A stretch of DNA of 64,000 bases from IMG/VR virus record IMGVR_UViG_3300021961_010831. One strand, given 5' to 3'. Origin of the DNA: an uncultured virus (IMG/VR IMGVR_UViG_3300021961_010831) (taxonomy: Duplodnaviria > Heunggongvirae > Uroviricota > Caudoviricetes). Below are positions 57,890 through 64,000 of the stretch, in pieces. Each line of letters starts with the position of its first letter. The first letter of the stretch is position 1. The notes beneath the pieces are model-generated. The model saw only the letters and a program-made list of their open reading frames with translations. It was not told where the DNA came from and made no database searches. The position numbers were made by a program, and so were the translations under genes.

Positions 57890-58942
57890 ATGGAAACAGA
57901 ATTAAAAGAAAAAATTTTAAGATCTATTGATAATATCGAGAACAAGAAAAATAAAATTTACTTTTTTGTTCAAGATACTAAAGGCAATGCAAAAGCGTCC
58001 TTGGTCTACATTTATGACATGGCTAATACCCTGTCTTCCGAAGGTTATAATGTAATCATGTTACATGAAAAACCTGATTACACAAAAATCGGGTCATGGA
58101 GTGATTCTAAATTTGATTTACTACCACACCAATCCATCGAAGGAACTAACTTGGAAATTGCTCCCGAGGACATCATGGTAATCCCTGAAATTTTCGGATT
58201 TGTAATGGAGCAAATCAATAATCTACCTTGTGGAAAAATTGTAATTACTCAAGCATACGACCATATGTTGGAAACCCTAACACCTGGAAATTCATGGGCA
58301 CAATTGGGTATCTATAAATGTATTACAACCTCAGAAAGTCAAAAAAATCAAATCGAAAAACTTATGAAAAGAGTTACAGTTGATGTTATTCAACCAGTAA
58401 TTTCTGAAAAGTTTGAAAAACAAAAGTTTCCTCCTAAACCAATTATTGCTGTTCATACTAGAGACCAAAGAGATGGTATTAACCTAATCAAACAATTCTA
58501 TCTAAAATACCCTCAATATAGATTTTTTACTTTTAGAGATTTACGTGGAGTATCAATGGATGAATTTGCAAATGCACTTCAGGATTCTTTCTTGGGTGTT
58601 TGGATCGACCCCACATCTGGTTTTGGTACGTTCCCACTAGAATGTATGAGAGTAGGAATTCCTGTTCTTGGTTTGAAACCAAACTTGAAACCTGAGTGGT
58701 TAGAAGACAAAAACGGTATTTGGGTTGATAACCAAATTATGATGGTAGATATTATTGCCGACTTAATTCAAACTTGGCTCGAAGATAATATTTTGAAGGA
58801 AATATACACCGAATCTGAAACTACATCAAAAAAATATATCGATAGAGAAAAATTTACTTCTGAAGTTGTAAACCTATTCTCAGATTTTTCGAATAAACGT
58901 AAAGAAGCTTTTGAAGCTCAATTGAATCCTGAAACTGTATAA
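57890..58942 (+). CDS. GT-B-like glycosyltransferase
   Basis: VIPEIFG, WIDPTSGFGTFPLECMRVGIPV. Confidence 0.65.
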   Translation: METELKEKILRSIDNIENKKNKIYFFVQDTKGNAKASLVYIYDMANTLSSEGYNVIMLHEKPDYTKIGSWSDSKFDLLPHQSIEGTNLEIAPEDIMVIPEIFGFVMEQINNLPCGKIVITQAYDHMLETLTPGNSWAQLGIYKCITTSESQKNQIEKLMKRVTVDVIQPVISEKFEKQKFPPKPIIAVHTRDQRDGINLIKQFYLKYPQYRFFTFRDLRGVSMDEFANALQDSFLGVWIDPTSGFGTFPLECMRVGIPVLGLKPNLKPEWLEDKNGIWVDNQIMMVDIIADLIQTWLEDNILKEIYTESETTSKKYIDREKFTSEVVNLFSDFSNKRKEAFEAQLNPETV

Positions 58943-58945
58943 GAT

Positions 58946-59752
58946 ATGGAAAACATTTTAAATTTATCAGTAATTCTTCCTATTAAATCATCAATAACAC
59001 GAGATTTTGATGAATATTTTGATCGTGCAATTTTATCCCTTAAAAATCAGAAAGTTCAATTTTCTGAGTTGGTTATTGTACATACGTTGGAAGAAACATT
59101 AGTTAATAAACTACAAAACTACGATTTCGGAGATTTGACTGTCAAACTAGTGGAGTTCAGTGGTGATGCAAATTTCCAAAGTCAAATAAATTTGGGTGTT
59201 GAATCTGCGAATTCTGACTGGGTAAGTTTCTTCGAATTTGACGATGAATATGCCAACATTTGGTTCGAAAATGTTCAAAAGTATATTTCGGTATATCCTG
59301 AAGTCGACGCATTTCTACCAATAGTAGTTGATGTCGATGAAAAAGGTGTTTTCATTGGATTTACAAATGAGGCAACCTTTGCTGCGAATTTTACTCAAGA
59401 AATGGGATTTTTAACTAATGAAACCCTCTTGAATTATCAGAACTTTCAAACGTCAGGAATGGTCATCAAACGAGAAAAACTTTCCGATTTTGGTTCATTC
59501 AAACCCTCAATGAAACTGACTTTTGTTTATGAATTCCTTTTGAGAATGTCATACAATTCTTTACGATTGATGACCATTCCAAAACTTGGTTACAAACATA
59601 CAACATTACGTGAAGGATCCATTTTTTGGAATTATAAAAATGGAAGTGACATTATGACTGAAAAAGAAGTAAAGTTTTGGATTTCTACGGCAAAAAAAGA
59701 ATATTTTTTCACTGAGGACAGAAATATAAAATATGAAGTTGAGAATGTTTAA
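58946..59752 (+). CDS. GT2-like glycosyltransferase
   Basis: LSVILP, INLGV, FFEFDDEY. Confidence 0.7.
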   Translation: MENILNLSVILPIKSSITRDFDEYFDRAILSLKNQKVQFSELVIVHTLEETLVNKLQNYDFGDLTVKLVEFSGDANFQSQINLGVESANSDWVSFFEFDDEYANIWFENVQKYISVYPEVDAFLPIVVDVDEKGVFIGFTNEATFAANFTQEMGFLTNETLLNYQNFQTSGMVIKREKLSDFGSFKPSMKLTFVYEFLLRMSYNSLRLMTIPKLGYKHTTLREGSIFWNYKNGSDIMTEKEVKFWISTAKKEYFFTEDRNIKYEVENV

Positions 59753-60492
59753 TGTCTTTTTCTTCAACAACAACTACTTCTACAACTCAAAAAAGGGGTC
59801 GTAAACCAACACAAACTAATTATTTTGATGTTGTAGAGGAAAATGCTGTTAGGGCTTACCTGTTGGCATCTACATATGAAGAAAAAAATAAAATATATAA
59901 CGAATTTCTACGAGCACCTTTAGATAAAATGATATCTTCGATTATAAGAAGATATAAATTATATAGAAAGGACATGGATTTTACAGATATACATACAGAT
60001 ACCCACTCTTTTCTAATGACTAAAGTGGATAAATTTAAGCCAGATAAAAATAAAAAGGCATATTCATATTTCGGTACAATCTGTAAAAACTATCTTATGG
60101 GTCAAATTATAAAAGACCAAAAAGAAACTAACAGAAAAATTTCATACGAAGATATCTCAACTCAATTGGAGTTAAGACCTGATATGATTTATTATATCGA
60201 GCATGAAAAAACAGATGCTGACGCTGTAATAATACAATTCATCCTACAACTTAAACAAACTTTAGAGTCTGAAAATCTCAATGCAAATGAAAAAAAATTG
60301 GGTATTGCTCTAATTGAATTATTTGAAAATTACAAAACAATTTTCATGGGTACTGATAATAATAAATTTAACAAAAATATCATTTTGTTATCAATAAGGG
60401 AAATGACAAACTTATCCACAAAAGAGATAAGAAGTGCCATGAAAAAGTACAAAAAATTGTATTACACCCTTGTGAATGCCATGAGTGATTGA
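59752..60492 (+). CDS. Phage late-transcription sigma factor (T4 gp55-like)
   Basis: NYF..., KMISSII, KFKPDKNKKAYSYFGTICKNYL (sigma region 2-like motif of gp55-type factors). Confidence 0.7.
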   Translation: MSFSSTTTTSTTQKRGRKPTQTNYFDVVEENAVRAYLLASTYEEKNKIYNEFLRAPLDKMISSIIRRYKLYRKDMDFTDIHTDTHSFLMTKVDKFKPDKNKKAYSYFGTICKNYLMGQIIKDQKETNRKISYEDISTQLELRPDMIYYIEHEKTDADAVIIQFILQLKQTLESENLNANEKKLGIALIELFENYKTIFMGTDNNKFNKNIILLSIREMTNLSTKEIRSAMKKYKKLYYTLVNAMSD

Positions 60493-60518
60493 TTTTTCAT
60501 ACCAAACTATTTATAGAT

Positions 60519-60887
60519 ATGTCTAGACCTAAGAAAAAAGAAATTGTACTTACAAAAGAATCTATACTATCTTTGTTACAAGAAATCTATAACGAGTTAG
60601 TTGAACAGAGATCTACAGCAATTCGTGTACAAAACAAAATGTTGGCACTTCTGAAAGATCCACAAGATATGACCTTGATTGGTCCTGTTTTAGAAAAACA
60701 ACAAAAAGTAATAAATGACGTTGTTGAAAAAAAATTAACTTTAGCTAAACTTCAATCATCAATATGGGAAAAATCCCAAGTTAGTGAGGATAATATGAAT
60801 CTTACGGATATTGATGATGAAATGTTACAATCATTAATTCAAAAAGATATCCAAGGTGTAGAATCAGATAATAAGTACAAAATGTAA
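60519..60887 (+). CDS. Hypothetical coiled-coil protein
   Basis: Likely start MSRPKKK at 60519 directly after TATTTATA. Confidence 0.6.
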   Translation: MSRPKKKEIVLTKESILSLLQEIYNELVEQRSTAIRVQNKMLALLKDPQDMTLIGPVLEKQQKVINDVVEKKLTLAKLQSSIWEKSQVSEDNMNLTDIDDEMLQSLIQKDIQGVESDNKYKM

Positions 60888-60891
60888 TGAG

Positions 60892-62871
60892 ATGGCTACG
60901 ATTGACCTCAATGACGCATATGATTCACTTACCCAACAACTCAAAGCAATTGATACTTACAATGAGATAAGTTCTGCCGTACCGTTTCTGACAAATCAAC
61001 AACAATCTTCAATGGAAGATAGTTCGATTGGTACCATAACCCCTGAAACGAATTTATCCCAACAGAAAAAAAGATACCAACGTCAACCGAGTAGTCAAAT
61101 CAAGAAATTAATGAAGGTTTCCAAATTGATTTCTAATGAAATCAGATCAGGAGACACCACCACGAGTATGGTGAATTTTGTAAAAGACTCGTTTTCTGAA
61201 GCACTGAATGAAGTAAAAAGTAAAATCCCTCAGATCATTGCCGACCAAATGCTCAAAGAGCTTGGTTGTTCTCAAGAACAAACTTACGACACTGCAGTCC
61301 TAAATAATGCATCAGGAATTTACATACCAGTTGAATCTATAGATTTATTTGGGTTATTGAAAGAATCTCCCAAAAATCCAATTACTTCGTTTTTATATGA
61401 ATCTCCTGCAATTTCAATTCAGAGCGACCCATTTTCAATGAATAAAGAACTGTACGAAAGAACCCAAAATTCAGGTGTATCTTTCCAAAGTCAATACGGT
61501 CAAAATTATCTCGGTAAATCCAAACAAGCCTTATTTGATTTCGAATACGTCACACAAGATGGTGCAGGAAACACAGGAAACTTTTATAAAGTATCACTGA
61601 AGAACAGGACAGATGGTACTCTAACACAAAGTCAAAATTTAGTTGGTCAATTTATTACCGACTATTTGAAGACTATTAGGATAGTTGATACCAAAAATAT
61701 TTATATACAATTGTTTCAATTTTTATTTGGACACATGTCAATTCAGTTAAATGCTGGGGTTGAGTCTATTGCCGACCAAGGATATTTTGAAAAATTACTC
61801 GCCAGAATTTTGGGACTGTGTTTTGATTCAAGAGAGGAGATTGATGTTAGTGGAATTGCAAAAGTAGCACCTTTAGACGGAATTGACGAATCTTTCTTTG
61901 AACTTACAGACGTTGATTTGAGACAAATCGAATCAGAAATCTCAAATATAAAGTTAGGGGTTTTTGAATATGAAGATTGTACCACGATAAAACAACCATA
62001 TAATAGTAATGAAGTTCAAAACACATTAAGTCAGATTTTATTTGTTGATGATGATAATGTTGCTGAAAATACACGAATACTCAATGAAGCAATACAAAGT
62101 GTTAAAGACAATACTTTGGGACCATCATTTGATATTGGATTGTCAATTGATGAAGACATTGTCGAAAAGTTTATCACAGCCCTTTATGCCGCGGTTATAA
62201 GTCCGAAAGTCTTATTTCCTATGATGATTATGGTAAAATCATTAGAAAACGACCAACAAAATATTCAAAATTCTGTATTGAATAAAGTTTATAATTTGGA
62301 GAGTTTCATCAAAACTTTCAAAGGGTTCAACATCCAAGTGGTATCCTTAATTGGTGCTGAGTTTACAAAAATTTTGACAGAAATCATCAAAAGAGATTTG
62401 AGGAAATTACTGAAACGTATTATAAGAAATTTGAGACAAGAGGCAAATAAAAAGAGACTCTTACAAACAAAGTCTCTTCTTTCTTTGGGTATTATTGTTA
62501 CTCAAATAATCCCTAATTATAGACAATGTAAAAGTGTTGTGGATTCTATTGTTGATCTCATACAACTATCTCTGAGAGGAACAAGATATGATACTCCGGC
62601 GACAGCATTATATTTTACGAAATTTAGATCGGGATTTTCCGATACAAGAGCAATGCTTGGAACAATTGAGGAAATGCAAAAATTGGGTATACCAACTGGA
62701 CCTATGCCGGATGGAAGCCCAAATTTATGGATGTTGTCAATCCAAGCACAAATAAAAGGGGTTGAAGGAGAAAGAACTGAAAATGGTAGAAATCAGGGTA
62801 TACTTCCGCCATTAAAAGTGTTACCTATTGGTATAACAATGCCTGAAAGGTTTGATTCAGTACCATCATGA
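60892..62871 (+). CDS. Hypothetical large protein, probably structural (659 aa)
   Basis: Long ORF in a late operon upstream of the spike gene. Confidence 0.55.
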   Translation: MATIDLNDAYDSLTQQLKAIDTYNEISSAVPFLTNQQQSSMEDSSIGTITPETNLSQQKKRYQRQPSSQIKKLMKVSKLISNEIRSGDTTTSMVNFVKDSFSEALNEVKSKIPQIIADQMLKELGCSQEQTYDTAVLNNASGIYIPVESIDLFGLLKESPKNPITSFLYESPAISIQSDPFSMNKELYERTQNSGVSFQSQYGQNYLGKSKQALFDFEYVTQDGAGNTGNFYKVSLKNRTDGTLTQSQNLVGQFITDYLKTIRIVDTKNIYIQLFQFLFGHMSIQLNAGVESIADQGYFEKLLARILGLCFDSREEIDVSGIAKVAPLDGIDESFFELTDVDLRQIESEISNIKLGVFEYEDCTTIKQPYNSNEVQNTLSQILFVDDDNVAENTRILNEAIQSVKDNTLGPSFDIGLSIDEDIVEKFITALYAAVISPKVLFPMMIMVKSLENDQQNIQNSVLNKVYNLESFIKTFKGFNIQVVSLIGAEFTKILTEIIKRDLRKLLKRIIRNLRQEANKKRLLQTKSLLSLGIIVTQIIPNYRQCKSVVDSIVDLIQLSLRGTRYDTPATALYFTKFRSGFSDTRAMLGTIEEMQKLGIPTGPMPDGSPNLWMLSIQAQIKGVEGERTENGRNQGILPPLKVLPIGITMPERFDSVPS

Positions 62872-63092
62872 TACAAAGAGAATTTACAATAGAACAACTC
62901 CAATCAATAATCAAAGATATTGATTCTTCCTCAAACAAAGATTTGACGGAAGCAATGGATTTTTTGAAATCCGATTTTGCTGAAACTAAAAGTATGATCA
63001 TAGACCTGAGTAATCATTTGGATAATATTGAAGGTCTATATAATAAAATCCTAATGGAATATGAAAATAGGGTAAATGGGAAGTTTGAGTAA
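62868..63092 (+). CDS. Hypothetical coiled-coil protein
   Basis: 74-aa ORF coupled on both sides. Confidence 0.55.
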   Translation: MIQREFTIEQLQSIIKDIDSSSNKDLTEAMDFLKSDFAETKSMIIDLSNHLDNIEGLYNKILMEYENRVNGKFE

Positions 63093-64000
63093 TAAAATAA
63101 TTCATCCAGCGGAAGTTGTAGATAACCAAGATCCTATGAATCTTGGTAGAATCCGTGCATACCCCCTCGATAAAAATATTAGAGCAACATTAGAAGGTTT
63201 TGATTTTCAACCAAAAGATGCGTGGACAGAAAAAGATCCATTTTTAACATTACCACTATTACCACAGTTTTTTTCTCAAGTCCCCGAAGTGAAGGAAAGA
63301 GTGAATCTATTCTATCAAAATATAGAATATCCTTATCAAGACATATATTACGTTCAAGCGTCTTTTGCATCCCCGATGTCTATGCCATATTCCAACATTC
63401 AGGAATCAAACAAATTTACAGGTTTGGGGGATCGTGTAAGTGGACTTCTAAGACTAAAAAACAACGATGGTAGTTTCAAAAATAGTAAATCATTTGGAAT
63501 CTTCCCCCAACCTGGTGATAACGCCGTTTTAGGTCGTGGATTTGCGGATGTTATCGTAAAAAAAGACACAGTACTTTTACGAGCAGCAAAAACAAACGAT
63601 CTAAATATAAAAAAATTTCCAATACCCAACGATAGAAGATCATTTATTCAGATATCGGGATTCAATACCAAAATAACTGACGGTCCCAAAAAAGTTAGTG
63701 TGAGTACTGAAAACGTAAGTGTTGCTACCAAAAAATTGATCGAGTGGGAAATTCAGAATTTAGAAAATACTCAAAACGCCTTTACAGGACAAATTAGACT
63801 TTATGGGTTGAAACCACTGACGACTACTTTGACTGATAATATTCAATATGATTCAGATTTGTCTTCAGCAATAAATTTAGAATACTATGAATCATTCTTT
63901 GGTTTAACCTTCGAACAAACGGTTGAAAAAATTAATAATTTTATAAAGGGGGTAAATTCAGGTAAAATCACAAATGGTCCAACAATTACTGAACAATTTC
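63076..64000 (+). CDS. Baseplate central spike (gp5/VgrG OB-fold-like), truncated by the window edge
   Basis: Absent from the ORF track. ATG at 63076: MGSLSNKIIHPAEVVDNQDPMNLGRIRAYP...LPLLP..FSQVPEVKERVNLF; still open at 64000. Confidence 0.75.
   Translation, partial: MGSLSNKIIHPAEVVDNQDPMNLGRIRAYPLDKNIRATLEGFDFQPKDAWTEKDPFLTLPLLPQFFSQVPEVKERVNLFYQNIEYPYQDIYYVQASFASPMSMPYSNIQESNKFTGLGDRVSGLLRLKNNDGSFKNSKSFGIFPQPGDNAVLGRGFADVIVKKDTVLLRAAKTNDLNIKKFPIPNDRRSFIQISGFNTKITDGPKKVSVSTENVSVATKKLIEWEIQNLENTQNAFTGQIRLYGLKPLTTTLTDNIQYDSDLSSAINLEYYESFFGLTFEQTVEKINNFIKGVNSGKITNGPTITEQF

Noticed and set aside
44911..59752. T4-like DNA hypermodification (glucosyl-hmC) as the role of the GTs
   Set aside because: No hydroxymethylase or other base-modifying enzyme is seen in the window and the GT families fit protein/surface glycans; not fully excluded for the GT-B genes
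1..64000. Alternative genetic code (stop-codon reassignment)
   Set aside because: Long ORFs tile the window under code 11, and TAA, TAG and TGA all occur as sensible gene ends
1..64000. tRNA, rRNA, integrase, transposase or reverse transcriptase/DGR
   Set aside because: No recognisable motifs; intergenic gaps are short and AT-rich (a tRNAscan/Infernal run would be needed to be certain)

Overview
This 64 kb window is part of the genome of a large myovirus-type (contractile-tail, jumbo/huge-phage-like) bacteriophage. It uses the standard genetic code, is densely coding and shows no tRNA, rRNA or CRISPR array. The host is probably in Bacteroidota, judging from A-rich SD-less start contexts and a TAnnTTTG promoter. 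Left part: tail/baseplate module (hub of at least 2150 aa running off the left edge, gp53/LysM-like wedge, 1641-aa tube-initiator protein with an inserted OmpA-like domain, tape measure, tail chaperone with a hidden frameshift ORF, tube, sheath, neck/terminator proteins), SNF2 helicase, a SOD-nuclease-like fusion and a family B DNA polymerase. Centre: a six-gene glycosylation operon headed by a GT60 polypeptide-GlcNAc-transferase homologue. It lies directly downstream of three Pro/Thr-repeat (mucin-like), Cys-rich proteins carrying LamG-like or trypsin-like domains. Right part: small putative head proteins (including a stand-alone WYL protein), a second large glycan locus (GT31/C1GalT-like, GT2, GT4, nucleotide-sugar epimerases, split HldE), dUTPase, PhoH, a gp55-like late sigma factor and a gp5-like spike gene running off the right edge. 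Best candidate for a new system: phage-encoded mucin-type O-glycosylation of mucin-like virion proteins. All family assignments are from motif recognition by eye; no database search was run.
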